From Saccharofermentans sp. (GTDB taxonomy: Bacteria; Bacillota; Clostridia; Saccharofermentanales; Saccharofermentanaceae), in contig JAILMW010000038.1 of NCBI GenBank assembly GCA_024692235.1, positions 4,987 to 68,986 of the forward strand: a stretch of 64,000 nt of DNA, read 5' to 3'. Below are positions 49,811 to 59,604 of the stretch, one piece after another. A program made the position numbers and the translations under genes. Under the pieces are notes generated by a model. That model had not been told where the DNA came from, searched no databases, and worked only from the letters and a program-made list of their open reading frames with translations. Positions within the stretch are counted from its first letter, which is position 1, and each line of letters begins with the position of its first letter.

Positions 49811-51727
49811 ATGTCCGATTACGATCAATTGCTCTCTAAGTCCAAGGAAGATCTGGAAGCTATCGCCGTACAGTTCGGAGACTTCACTGCTGAAGTCGCA
49901 GCTACCAAGACACGTGAAGAGTTGATCGCCGCCATCAGCGGAACTCCCGTACAGGAAGAGAAGCCTAAGAAGGCTCCCGCTAAGAAGACTTCCACCAGGA
50001 AGAAGAAGTCTGAAGAAGAGACGGCTGTCGAGTCTAAGGATGAAGAGAAGCCCAAGAAGGAAGTTAAGAAGGCGGCAGCTAAGAAGACTGCTTCTAAGAC
50101 TTCCAAGAAGACAGAGGAAAAGGCTGAAGACAAGGAAGAGCCCAAGGCAGAAGACAAGCCTGAAGATGAGGCTCCCAAGAAGCCTTCAAGAGCTAAGAAA
50201 GCTAATGCCAAGAAGGCTTCCTCTAAGAAAGAAGAGAATATCTCCATCGAGGAGATCGCTCCCGCCGCCGAAGAGGTAAAGGCAGAGGAAGCAAAGCCTT
50301 CCGAGGAAGAAGCTAAGCCCAAGGCGAAGAAGACTGCTAAGAGGTCTTCCAAGAAGAAGGCGGAAGAGCCTTCACAGGAAGAAGCTTCTAATGAGGCAGC
50401 TCCCGCTGAGGAGCCTTCGAAAGAAGCTCCCGTTAGAAGTGAAAGACCCGCTCCCAAGAGCAAGAAGAGAAGGATATCCTTCGGTCCCGAGCAGACGCCT
50501 ACGGCAGTTGATATTCCCGCAGAAGAGAAGAATGAAGAACAACAGGCTGAAGCTCCTGCTCCCGCACCCGAGATACAGTACAGGGAAGTGGAAGGTATCC
50601 TTTCCATAGGCGGAGAGAACAGAAATGATTTCTGCGGATTTGTTCACAGGAATAACTATCTTCCCGGTGAAGATGATGCATATGTTCCCGGTCAGATGAT
50701 CAAGAGACTGGGCCTTCGTAAGGGTGATAAGATCAAGGGTCTTGTTGCTCCCGCAAGAGGCAAGGAGAAGTACGCTCCCCTTCGTAAGGTCATCTCCGTC
50801 AACGGTATCGAGATTCCCGAAGATTCGGATTTTGACGTTATAAGGAAGCGTCCCAGGTTCGAGAGCCTGACTGCTATCTATCCCGATAAGAGACTTGATC
50901 TCGAGACGGGTGCAGAAGATCTTTCCACACGTATAATCGACCTTTTCTCTCCTATCGGTAAGGGACAGAGAGGTATGATCGTATCACCTCCTAAGGCAGG
51001 TAAGACTATCCTCCTTAAGAAGGTCGCTAATTCCATCACGGCTAACAATCCTAACTGCAAGGTCATCGTACTGCTTATCGACGAGCGTCCCGAGGAAGTT
51101 ACGGATATGCAAAGATCCATTAAGGGTGAGGTCGTATATTCCACATTCGACAAGCGTCCTGAGAATCACGTCAGAGTAACAGAGCTCGTTCTCGAGAGAG
51201 CTATGAGACTTGTTGAATTGGGTGAGGATGTTGTTATCCTCCTTGACTCCATGACAAGACTTGCAAGAGCATATAACCTTACGATCAATCCTACCGGTAG
51301 AACGTTGTCCGGAGGTCTTGATCCGGGATCTTTGTACGGCCCCAAGAGATTCTTCGGTGCTGCACGTAATATCGAATTCGGAGGATCACTTACGATCATC
51401 GCGACTGCTCTTATCGAGACGGGTTCACGTATGGACGAAGTTATCTTCGAGGAGTTCAAGGGTACGGGTAACATGGAAGTTGTTCTCGACAGAAGACTTG
51501 CAGACAGACGTATCTATCCTGCTATCGCAGTCGATAAGTCAGGTACGAGAAGAGAAGACCTTCTTCTTACTCCCGAGGAACTCGAATCCGTATGGCTCAC
51601 GAGAAAGGCCATCGCGGAAGTCGATACTCTTGCTGCTACATCTGCAGTTATCAACTTCATGAAGAGGACAACGAGCAATGCTTCCTTCGTCCTTTCTGCC
51701 AAGAAATCTTTCTCGGTAGATTCGTGA
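49811..51727 (+). CDS. rho: Transcription termination factor Rho with long N-terminal insertion
   Basis: PIGKGQRG.IVSPPKAGKT, LIDERPEEVTD, LDS.TRLARAYN, FFGAARN and FEEFKGTGNME. Confidence 0.97.
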   Translation: MSDYDQLLSKSKEDLEAIAVQFGDFTAEVAATKTREELIAAISGTPVQEEKPKKAPAKKTSTRKKKSEEETAVESKDEEKPKKEVKKAAAKKTASKTSKKTEEKAEDKEEPKAEDKPEDEAPKKPSRAKKANAKKASSKKEENISIEEIAPAAEEVKAEEAKPSEEEAKPKAKKTAKRSSKKKAEEPSQEEASNEAAPAEEPSKEAPVRSERPAPKSKKRRISFGPEQTPTAVDIPAEEKNEEQQAEAPAPAPEIQYREVEGILSIGGENRNDFCGFVHRNNYLPGEDDAYVPGQMIKRLGLRKGDKIKGLVAPARGKEKYAPLRKVISVNGIEIPEDSDFDVIRKRPRFESLTAIYPDKRLDLETGAEDLSTRIIDLFSPIGKGQRGMIVSPPKAGKTILLKKVANSITANNPNCKVIVLLIDERPEEVTDMQRSIKGEVVYSTFDKRPENHVRVTELVLERAMRLVELGEDVVILLDSMTRLARAYNLTINPTGRTLSGGLDPGSLYGPKRFFGAARNIEFGGSLTIIATALIETGSRMDEVIFEEFKGTGNMEVVLDRRLADRRIYPAIAVDKSGTRREDLLLTPEELESVWLTRKAIAEVDTLAATSAVINFMKRTTSNASFVLSAKKSFSVDS

Positions 51728-51756
51728 TTGACAAGAAGAACTAAAGAGAGTAATAT
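51728..51756 (+). promoter_or_regulatory. sigmaA-type promoter of rpmE
   Basis: TTGACA-N17-TAATAT. Confidence 0.7.
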
Positions 51757-51778
51757 CTCATAGTTACTATTAATCCGG

Positions 51779-51812
51779 TATGGCATACGTGCGCCTTTAA
51801 GTACGCGCCATA
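51779..51812 (+). promoter_or_regulatory. Hairpin in the rpmE 5' UTR (candidate L31 leader)
   Basis: TATGGC..CGTGC...GTACG.GCCATA stem between promoter and RBS. Confidence 0.45.
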
Positions 51813-51834
51813 TCTTTGATGAGAGGTGAGATCA

Positions 51835-52035
51835 ATGAAGAGCGACATCCATCCCAAGACTTACTTGGTTACGGTTAAGTGTGCTTGCGGTGCTACATTT
51901 GAGACACTCTCCACGAAGGAAGACCTTCGTGTTGATATCTGCTCAAACTGCCACCCTTTCTACACAGGTAAGCAGAAGCTTGTTGATACAGGCGGACGTG
52001 TTGACAAGTTCAACAAGAGAATGGGAAGAGCATAA
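51835..52035 (+). CDS. rpmE: 50S ribosomal protein L31 (zinc-binding type)
   Basis: [33 protein letters not shown]. Confidence 0.98.
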   Translation: MKSDIHPKTYLVTVKCACGATFETLSTKEDLRVDICSNCHPFYTGKQKLVDTGGRVDKFNKRMGRA

Positions 52036-52065
52036 TCCCGTTCGAGCGACTGAGAATCGTGATTG

Positions 52066-52097
52066 TAAGCGGCTTCGTAAGAGGCCGCTTATTTTTT
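52066..52097 (+). terminator. Intrinsic terminator
   Basis: TAAGCGGCTTC-GTAA-GAGGCCGCTTA followed by T6. Confidence 0.85.
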
Positions 52098-52199
52098 GTT
52101 CAATGATAGGAAGCGACGGGTGATATCAGGTTCTGAGACATTCGTGGTATACTGACTTGTAGGGAATAGGATAGATATTATAGAAGAGAGGTTACGGAT

Positions 52200-52754
52200 A
52201 TGCAGTTTTATGATGAAGATGAGAGAAGCCCTCGCAAGAAGTTTTCATTAGCACCGATCATTATCGTCGTAGTAGTCTTTCTGGCGATAGTAGGTATCGT
52301 GATCTTCAGGCATGCCACCATGGTAGGCAAGATAGCAGGTGTGATGGGTGATGAGATAGGAAAAGAAGCCGACGGCTGTAATGTCGAGATCACGGCTGTC
52401 ATCGATCATCATGCCGATAAGGAGTCATCAAGCGGACCGGGTGTGGTCTACGCTCCTGTCTACAGCTTCGAATATGAAGGCGAGTCTTATAGCGTAACGG
52501 GTAAGGTGTGGCAGCCTGATCCTTTCTATGAAGACGGTCAGGAAGTTCAGATCATGATAGATCCTTCCGATCCTACTCATATCTACGATCCGGATAATAA
52601 TATCGGTACCGGAATGCGTTCCTTCTTGGGTGATGTGCTTATATTCCTGGCGCCTGTCCTTCTGATCCCCTTGCTCGTAATAATCATACCTGCCATATTT
52701 GTTATCAGGAATGCCAGGAGAGCAAAGCAGTATACGGATATGATGAGAGAATAA
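52200..52754 (+). CDS. DUF3592-like membrane protein
   Basis: TM, A.V, Y.PVYSF...G..Y, G..V.I..DP.DP, TM. Confidence 0.7.
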   Translation: MQFYDEDERSPRKKFSLAPIIIVVVVFLAIVGIVIFRHATMVGKIAGVMGDEIGKEADGCNVEITAVIDHHADKESSSGPGVVYAPVYSFEYEGESYSVTGKVWQPDPFYEDGQEVQIMIDPSDPTHIYDPDNNIGTGMRSFLGDVLIFLAPVLLIPLLVIIIPAIFVIRNARRAKQYTDMMRE

Positions 52755-52824
52755 TATGGGCTTTGCAACCTAAATTCCTTCTTAGCGTCTTATAGTGCAT
52801 AAGAACAATTAGGAGGAAAGTAGG

Positions 52825-53435
52825 ATGATTACGCTTACGCCGGTATTAGTAAGATTCGGACTTATCATATTCGCAGTTTTTATCGCGACTTTTCTTATAG
52901 GAATCAGAAGAGAAGATAAGTCCTTGACGAACAAAGTATTCTCTGCTGATACGCTCAGGCAGATCCTTGCGTTCTTTATTATGGCAGGTGTCTTATGTTC
53001 GCTGTCTGACGATAGCGCGATATTCAGAAAGCCTACCCCTATTAACGGACTGGAGCTCCTTTTCGCTGCTTTTCCTATCGTAGGGGGATGTATACTCTTT
53101 TTGCAGGAGCATATTCCTTTAGGTGCGGTATGTATAAGCGTACCGATAAGATCAGGGCGGGAAGGGCATTGTTGTTCTTCTTCCCGATGCTGTTCTTTGC
53201 CTCGGTTATTAATTCGAGTAACTACGCGATACCCGCTCTCAGCAGAAATTGGTTCTTAACTGCTATTACTGTATTAGCAAGGTCGTATATGGGACTTATT
53301 CCGCTTATGCTGATATTGGAGCTGGTGCTGTATGTAAGCTATAAGATCTTCCGTGATGAGAATAAGGTCATCTTTGCGGCCGCCGTTGTATCTTTTATTA
53401 TCTATAACCCGTTCAAGATCTTAAAAGCACGGTAA
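52825..53435 (+). pseudogene. Frameshifted membrane protein gene related to 53577..54863
   Basis: ORFs 52825..53259 and 53088..53435 join into one hydrophobic protein if one base is added near the T5 run at 53098-53102. Confidence 0.6.
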
Positions 53436-53456
53436 GAGCAGTAATAGTAAATAACG

Positions 53457-53481
53457 GCGGTATCGTAAGATACCGCTTTTT
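53457..53481 (+). terminator. Intrinsic terminator
   Basis: GCGGTATC-GTAA-GATACCGC-TTTTT. Confidence 0.8.
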
Positions 53482-53576
53482 CTTTGCTCGATTTTATCGG
53501 GAATATGTGTAGAATCCTGCGGTAACGTTCGTTATCGGACATACTGTATCCTTTCTTGTGTAGGGGGGGACAACTT

Positions 53577-54863
53577 ATGTTAAGTCTAAAGCTTTGCATT
53601 TGGATAATTGCCGCTGTGGCGCTTTTATGTCTGACGGTATTTCCCGGTAAGAGAAAGATACTGCAGGATGAAGACGTCGTTACAGATGCAGCCAAGAACA
53701 TTATGGTTGTATCTCTGACTTTAATGCTCATAATGTATCCGATCTTCAGCGGGAATACATGGGGGTATCATAAATACTACGAACTCTTAGCACAAGATCA
53801 TCCTGATGTTGTATCGAGATATCTTAAGACCATAAGATATCTTAGGATCGAAAGGCACGACGATATCAGTTTCAATCTTAGTCTTGGTGTTTATGCCTTT
53901 GTTATATTGGGTTCCGTATTCTTATTCTTCACGGGCATGTATGTATATAAGAACGGTATTAAGATCAGACATAAGATGTTACTTATCCTGCCTGTATTTA
54001 TGTCCGTGATCGGTGTGGCGTATCAAGTTTCCCGTTATGACAGATTGTGGGCGAAGGATCCTTCAAATCTTGTTCTATCCATGATCTTGGGCATTACCGA
54101 ATATCTTATCGAATATCTGATGAGTACTGCCGTTATGGTCGTGATCTTATACCTCATATACAAATTCTTGAAGATGGTATTAAGAAGTGAGCTCATACCT
54201 CTTATTATCATACTTATCCTTTCATTCTTTCCCTCGGAATACGAACTCTTGCAGGGGGCTAAAGAGTATGATCTTCTGAAACTGGTCTGGGGTGCCAATA
54301 TCCCGTTGTTTCCTGTCGGAATGTTGGTAATGAAGTATAAAGATAAGCTCTTGCCTAAGTCGCTTAGGCAGACGATCATGTGGTCGATAGTGTGGACCGT
54401 AACGGGGGCAGCGTCTCTTATAATCCTTCTAAGTCCCAAGGGCCCCGGAATATCCGGTGCTCGTGAATTCTGTCTTACCGATAGTGAGATAACTGTTTAT
54501 TCGAGTTCAGACGATATTCTTATCAACAGGATATCAGTAGCCATGGCAATACCTTGGTTCATTTTGGGCCTTGCCATAGTGATGCTGCTCCTGAATATTG
54601 CTCTTCGTATCAAGACGGGAAACAAGTTCACTTTATTTCTGCGCAAGCATATATATATCGTCCTGATACTTCATATGTGTAATTACGTCAGGTATTACTC
54701 CTTCTTCACCGATTGTGTTAAGGATCTTCTTTCCAAAGTAAAGATCGAGAATGCGCTCATTACCTCGGTACTATGGATGTTCATATACTTCGGCATAGCT
54801 GTAGTATTGAAGCGTTTTGTCACGGACAGGATAGGTGCAAAGGGAAAAGCCTTATTGCCTTAG
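53577..54863 (+). CDS. Multi-pass membrane protein, acyltransferase-3-like
   Basis: About 10 TM; LFPVGMLVMKY and K.GN..T.FL.K..Y...I.H resemble motifs of 4038..5180. Confidence 0.6.
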   Translation: MLSLKLCIWIIAAVALLCLTVFPGKRKILQDEDVVTDAAKNIMVVSLTLMLIMYPIFSGNTWGYHKYYELLAQDHPDVVSRYLKTIRYLRIERHDDISFNLSLGVYAFVILGSVFLFFTGMYVYKNGIKIRHKMLLILPVFMSVIGVAYQVSRYDRLWAKDPSNLVLSMILGITEYLIEYLMSTAVMVVILYLIYKFLKMVLRSELIPLIIILILSFFPSEYELLQGAKEYDLLKLVWGANIPLFPVGMLVMKYKDKLLPKSLRQTIMWSIVWTVTGAASLIILLSPKGPGISGAREFCLTDSEITVYSSSDDILINRISVAMAIPWFILGLAIVMLLLNIALRIKTGNKFTLFLRKHIYIVLILHMCNYVRYYSFFTDCVKDLLSKVKIENALITSVLWMFIYFGIAVVLKRFVTDRIGAKGKALLP

Positions 54864-54950
54864 ATTGTCACCAACTTATAATGTAATTATTCTAAATATG
54901 CTTTATAATCGTATGTGGAATAATATCTTTCTTTAGAAGCAGGTGTATAT

Positions 54951-55919
54951 ATGGCAACAGTCAAGAAAACTACGATAGGCGGTCAGGCGCTCATCGAAGG
55001 CATAATGATGAACGGTCCCTTCAGAACGTCGATGGCGGTCCGTAAGGGTGACGGCACTATCTATATTGAAGAGGTAAAGCAGAGCGAGAAGATGACTTTC
55101 TTCGAGAAGATGCCTTTCGTAAGGGGATGCATCAAGTTCTGGAAGATGCTTGTTACAGGTACGGATGCGCTCATGAGATCTGCAGATATCTCTGAGGAAG
55201 GTACTCCCGAAGAGGAGAAAGCCAAGCAGAAGAAGTCGGCTCTGGATGAATATATGGAGAAGCACAGCAACCTCATGGTCACGCTGTCAGCTATCCTGGG
55301 TATCGCGATAAGCATCGGACTTTTTATCTTCCTTCCAAGGCTCCTGGTGGAGATCGCCGCCAAGCTCATGGGTGATGAGCTGTCCGACAAGACATGGATG
55401 TCGGTAGTCCTTAATATAGCAGAAGGAATACTTCGTATGGTATTCTTCCTTATCTATCTCGGATTATCCTCCAAGGTGGAAGGCATCGACAGAGTATGGA
55501 GATATCACGGTGCCGAGCATAAGACCATCGCATGCTACGAGGCAGGTAAGCCTCTTACGGTAGACAATATCAAGGAATGCTCCAGGTTCCATCCCAGATG
55601 CGGAACGGCATTTATGTTCATAGTTCTTGCAATATCGATAATCATCTATACGATCATCGGTATCATCATCGGAGACCAGAAGGCTATCGTCAACATCCTC
55701 TTAAGGCTCATACTGATCCCTCTGATATGCGGAATCTCATATGAGATCTTAAGATTCGTCGGAAGACACGATACTAACCCTGTATGCAGGCTCCTCTCCA
55801 AGCCCGGTCTCTGGCTTCAGAGGCTGACTACAAGAGAGCCTGACGAGCCCATCATAGAGGTAGCTATCGCAGCTATGCAGGCGGTTATCCCCGAGAATGC
55901 GGATGACGATGTCTGGTGA
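54951..55919 (+). CDS. DUF1385 (YqhQ-like) membrane protein
   Basis: IGGQALIEGIMM, YHGAEHKTI.CYE, RFHPRCGT.F and Q.LTTREP. Confidence 0.92.
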   Translation: MATVKKTTIGGQALIEGIMMNGPFRTSMAVRKGDGTIYIEEVKQSEKMTFFEKMPFVRGCIKFWKMLVTGTDALMRSADISEEGTPEEEKAKQKKSALDEYMEKHSNLMVTLSAILGIAISIGLFIFLPRLLVEIAAKLMGDELSDKTWMSVVLNIAEGILRMVFFLIYLGLSSKVEGIDRVWRYHGAEHKTIACYEAGKPLTVDNIKECSRFHPRCGTAFMFIVLAISIIIYTIIGIIIGDQKAIVNILLRLILIPLICGISYEILRFVGRHDTNPVCRLLSKPGLWLQRLTTREPDEPIIEVAIAAMQAVIPENADDDVW

Positions 55920-56778
55920 TCTTATTACAACAAATGCTATAAATGAACTGATCGAGGCGGGTATCGATAAGGAAGATGCCCGCCTCGAAGTCTCATTGTT
56001 CGAAGAAGCCGCCAAGGACGATAAGGAGCTTATGTCCTTTATATCAAGGCGTAAAACGGGTGAGCCCATGGCCTATATCTTAGGCTACAGGGATTTTTAC
56101 AGGGACAGGTTTAAGGTAGCAGAAGGTGTCCTTATCCCGAGAAGCGACACTGAGATCTTAGTAGAGACCGCGCTGTGGTTCGCGGGAGCTTTGGACTTCC
56201 CAACAGGAGATATCCTTAAGGTCCCCAAGAGCTTTAATGATCTGTCTTCTCTTAATATCGTCGACCTTTGTACGGGAACGGGATGTATCGGTATATCGGT
56301 CTATAACGAGCTCTTATCCAAGGGAAGGAATGTCAGATGCGTCCTTACGGATATCTCGGATACTGCTTTATCCTGTGCTAAGGCAAATATAGAGGCTCTA
56401 AGTAAGGATAAAGACAATATCCGCTGCTTCAAGGAAGACGTATTGGACGATCAGTCTAAGCTTCCGGAAGAGTCATTTGATATCGTTATGTCCAACCCTC
56501 CTTATATCACCGCAAAAGATATGACTGAGCTGGATAAGACAGTAGGTGAGCACGAACCCCATCTGGCTCTATTCGGCGGAGACGACGGCATGACGTTCTA
56601 TCCCGTGATAGCAAAGAAAGCCAAGAAGATCTTAAAGTCCGGAGGAGCTCTTATAGTGGAGCATGGGTACGATCAAGGAGAAAAAGTCAGAAATGTATTC
56701 ACCGAATATGGATTTAACTATGTTACAACCCTAAAGGATTACGGGGGTGTCGACAGAGTGACATTTGGTGTAAGATAA
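55909..56778 (+). CDS. prmC: Release factor glutamine methyltransferase PrmC/HemK
   Basis: RR..GEP.AYILG, VLIPR.DTE, DLCTGTGCI, SNPPY, EP..AL.GG.DG and EHGYDQ. Confidence 0.95.
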   Translation: MSGDLITTNAINELIEAGIDKEDARLEVSLFEEAAKDDKELMSFISRRKTGEPMAYILGYRDFYRDRFKVAEGVLIPRSDTEILVETALWFAGALDFPTGDILKVPKSFNDLSSLNIVDLCTGTGCIGISVYNELLSKGRNVRCVLTDISDTALSCAKANIEALSKDKDNIRCFKEDVLDDQSKLPEESFDIVMSNPPYITAKDMTELDKTVGEHEPHLALFGGDDGMTFYPVIAKKAKKILKSGGALIVEHGYDQGEKVRNVFTEYGFNYVTTLKDYGGVDRVTFGVR

Positions 56779-56802
56779 CAAAAAGTCAAAAGGGAGGTTC
56801 TT

Positions 56803-57027
56803 ATGCCCGGTAAGTTTTTCTTATATAAATACGAAGTCGGAGACGTTGTAGTGATGCGTAAAAAGCACCCCTGCGGCAGTAATAAGTGGCTCCTTACAAG
56901 AGTCGGAAGCGAGTGCAAGATGACATGCGAAGGCTGCGGAAGGCAGATGAGCATGGACAGACCCACTTTGGAGAAAGCTACTTCCGATGTCATAAGAGAA
57001 GAAAAAGAGGATAAGGATAATGGATAA
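56803..57027 (+). CDS. DUF951 (YyzM-like) protein
   Basis: GDVV.MRKKHPCGS..W...RVG...K..C..CGR. Confidence 0.88.
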   Translation: MPGKFFLYKYEVGDVVVMRKKHPCGSNKWLLTRVGSECKMTCEGCGRQMSMDRPTLEKATSDVIREEKEDKDNG

Positions 57028-57802
57028 TCTACAGAAGATCGCGCTTCTTATTGATGCGGATAATACACAGATAAATAAGATCGAATCGGTTATACGAGAG
57101 ATCTCCGCCAGAGGCAGGATCGTAGTTAAGAGAGCTTACGGTAACTGGAAGAAAGCAGGCCTTAAGAATTGGGAAGAAGAGATAAAGAAGCTTGCCATCA
57201 ATGCCACACAGCAGTTCGACTATGTAAGCGGCAAGAACGCTACAGACATGGCTCTCGTCATAGATGCCATGGATATGCTCTATAAGGATATCTACGATGC
57301 ATTCGTAATAGTAGCAAGCGACAGTGACTATACGCCTCTTGCCATACGTATCCACGAGTCGGGCGTATATGTTATAGGCGTAGGCGAGAAGAAGACTCCT
57401 GCTGCTTTTCGAAATGCATGCGACGAGTTCGTATTCCTTGAGAATCTCGATGCAGAGGATGAAGTGAAGAAGACTCCCAAGACAAGAAAGAAGAAGCCCG
57501 CTAAGAAAGTCGCTGGAAAGAAAGCTGAAGCCGAGACAGAGATAATAGACGAAGGCTCGGGGCTTGAAGAGGTGCATGAGCTCTTGAAGATCGCCTGCGA
57601 TAAGTATTCGGACGACGATAACTATTGTAAGGTATCTTCCGCCGGCGCATACATAAAGCGTGCAATGCCTGACTTCGATTCCAGGAACTACGGCTACTCC
57701 AAGCTCGTGAAGCTCATAAGCGATTTCCCTGACAGATATGAAGTAAAGAGTATAAAGACTTCGAATAATTCATCTGTCGTAACGTATACATACAAGGAAT
57801 GA
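57020..57802 (+). CDS. NYN domain ribonuclease-like protein with C-terminal OST-HTH/LOTUS domain
   Basis: ALLIDADN, RAYGNW, GKNATD..LVIDAMD and SDSDY; PDFDSRNYGY.KL..LI. Confidence 0.9.
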   Translation: MDNLQKIALLIDADNTQINKIESVIREISARGRIVVKRAYGNWKKAGLKNWEEEIKKLAINATQQFDYVSGKNATDMALVIDAMDMLYKDIYDAFVIVASDSDYTPLAIRIHESGVYVIGVGEKKTPAAFRNACDEFVFLENLDAEDEVKKTPKTRKKKPAKKVAGKKAEAETEIIDEGSGLEEVHELLKIACDKYSDDDNYCKVSSAGAYIKRAMPDFDSRNYGYSKLVKLISDFPDRYEVKSIKTSNNSSVVTYTYKE

Positions 57803-57819
57803 TATAAGAAAGCATAATA

Positions 57820-57849
57820 ATACTCCCGACATTTATAAGTCGGGAGTAT
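57820..57849. terminator. Bidirectional terminator
   Basis: ATACTCCCGAC...GTCGGGAGTAT. Confidence 0.8.
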
Positions 57850-57858
57850 CTTTATTCA

Positions 57859-59181
57859 TTATTCTATATACCAGAGATTGCTTGTGTCATATGTATCAGG
57901 GAGAACTTCCCAGTTGCCTGAGCTTGTCTCGATATACCAGCATCCCTCATCCGGGTCGTATTCCATGACGCCGTAGTCGCCGTAATCAGAAGAGATACCG
58001 TTATACCAATACTGCCAGATCGGAGGCTCAACATAGTCATTGTAGGAGAAGTAGCAGTCGGTCTCGGGATCGTAGTAGGCTTCATCGTCAGGACTCCATT
58101 CGCATGTTCTGCCGATAGCTTCTACATATATAGAATCTTGTCCTTCGAACTTACCGGTGCCCATCTCGGGTACATGCCAGAGAGACGATGTATCATAAGT
58201 ATCAGGGAGGACTTCCCAGTGACCGTCACTTGTCTCTATATACCAGAGATCCTCGTCGTAGTGGTATGTCATCCAGCCGTAATCGCCGTAGTCTGAAGAG
58301 ACTCCTTCGAACCAGTACTGCCATTCGGGTGGTTCTACTTCATCCGCATATACGAAATAGCAATCTGTCTCTTCATCGTAGTAGGATTCATATTCGTCAT
58401 ACCAGTAGCAATATCTTCCGAGGACGTCGATATAGATGCTGTCTTCGGAGACGGTCTCCTGCTCGCTATCGGAAGCCACGGCCGCGTATTCGGACTGATA
58501 TGCCAGTTTCTTTTGTGCCAGGGTAGCAGCCCTCATACCCGCAAACATAAGAATAGGTAAGAGGAGCATTGCAGAGAACGCACGAAGGAGTGCCTTGGGC
58601 AATGAGTTGCCCGAGCTTCCCCTCGTGCCCGATGATACTATCTGATCTTGAAGCTTATCTTCGATGACTGAATTGCATGCGACTTCATTAAGGAGCGCAC
58701 CGCAGTTAGGACAGGAAGGAATAGCTCCCTCCGTCCACTTGAGCTTGATCTGCGTTCCGCAGTAATCGCAGTTCAATGTAGTCTCATACTCACTTCCGTT
58801 CTTGATAGCGACATTCTTGTAGTACTGTCCGTTCTCGTCGTAGTAACCGGCTTCGTACCTTGTGCCCGTAGACTCATCGTACCAGCCTGAAGGATAATAC
58901 TGATAATCGTGCCTTGAAGATCTGAGCATGGGAGTTGCAAAGGCTCCCGTATAGCCAAGGGGCTGATTGGTCCTCTGCCTCTTGGGCGGCGTTACGGTCC
59001 TTGGTGCGGTCTTTCCGTAATTACCGAAAGTACGTGATCCGCTGTAACTGCTCCTGCTGCTGTGAGAACTGTGGCTCCTGTGGCTCGAAGTGTGACTTCT
59101 GTGACTTGATCGACTTGAACTCCTGTGTGAACTTGAGCTCCTGTGTGAACTCGAACTTGAACTTCTTCTTGAAGGCGGCAT
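57859..59181 (-). CDS. Membrane protein: Ser/His/Arg-rich N-terminus, zinc ribbon, TM, duplicated Trp/Tyr-rich domain
   Basis: SSHRSS repeats; CDYC..CPNC; one TM; two ~90-aa copies of DSIY..GR.C.W..YYD.ETDCYF..WQYW..SSDYGDYG..WEVLPDTYDTS.LW. Confidence 0.75.
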   Translation of the reverse strand: MPPSRRSSSSSSHRSSSSHRSSSRSSHRSHTSSHRSHSSHSSRSSYSGSRTFGNYGKTAPRTVTPPKRQRTNQPLGYTGAFATPMLRSSRHDYQYYPSGWYDESTGTRYEAGYYDENGQYYKNVAIKNGSEYETTLNCDYCGTQIKLKWTEGAIPSCPNCGALLNEVACNSVIEDKLQDQIVSSGTRGSSGNSLPKALLRAFSAMLLLPILMFAGMRAATLAQKKLAYQSEYAAVASDSEQETVSEDSIYIDVLGRYCYWYDEYESYYDEETDCYFVYADEVEPPEWQYWFEGVSSDYGDYGWMTYHYDEDLWYIETSDGHWEVLPDTYDTSSLWHVPEMGTGKFEGQDSIYVEAIGRTCEWSPDDEAYYDPETDCYFSYNDYVEPPIWQYWYNGISSDYGDYGVMEYDPDEGCWYIETSSGNWEVLPDTYDTSNLWYIE

Positions 59182-59274
59182 GCCTCATCCCTCCCTTATT
59201 CCATAATGTTTATATTATACTATCGGTGTGATTACTTGTGTATAATCTTAGAAGAGAAAGAAGGGGGAGATAAG

Positions 59275-59604
59275 ATGCCTGAAGGATCTTTGCAGGATAA
59301 GAAATGTCATAAGTGCGGTAATGGATATTCCTACCGTAATTCGGGCAACATGATAGTATTCTGCCCTCATTGCCACCATAGTGATATCGTTTGCTGTGAC
59401 TTCGGATTCGGTCCCGTGACTCCATGCTCCATCGACCTGGGGGATAAGAGGATCGCGATCTTAGATACGGAAGAGGTGGATCGTCAGATAAGATACCGCC
59501 TCGTATCGGAAGAATACGGGATCGATAAGTATCTTGAATCAAGTTATATGGAAGCCATAGGAGAAGCGGGCAGGATAATGTCCGATAAGATAGATGGCAT
59601 ATAA
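59275..59604 (+). CDS. Small zinc-finger hypothetical protein
   Basis: GGGGAG RBS; CHKC..CPHC; stop overlaps the WYL gene start. Confidence 0.6.
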   Translation: MPEGSLQDKKCHKCGNGYSYRNSGNMIVFCPHCHHSDIVCCDFGFGPVTPCSIDLGDKRIAILDTEEVDRQIRYRLVSEEYGIDKYLESSYMEAIGEAGRIMSDKIDGI

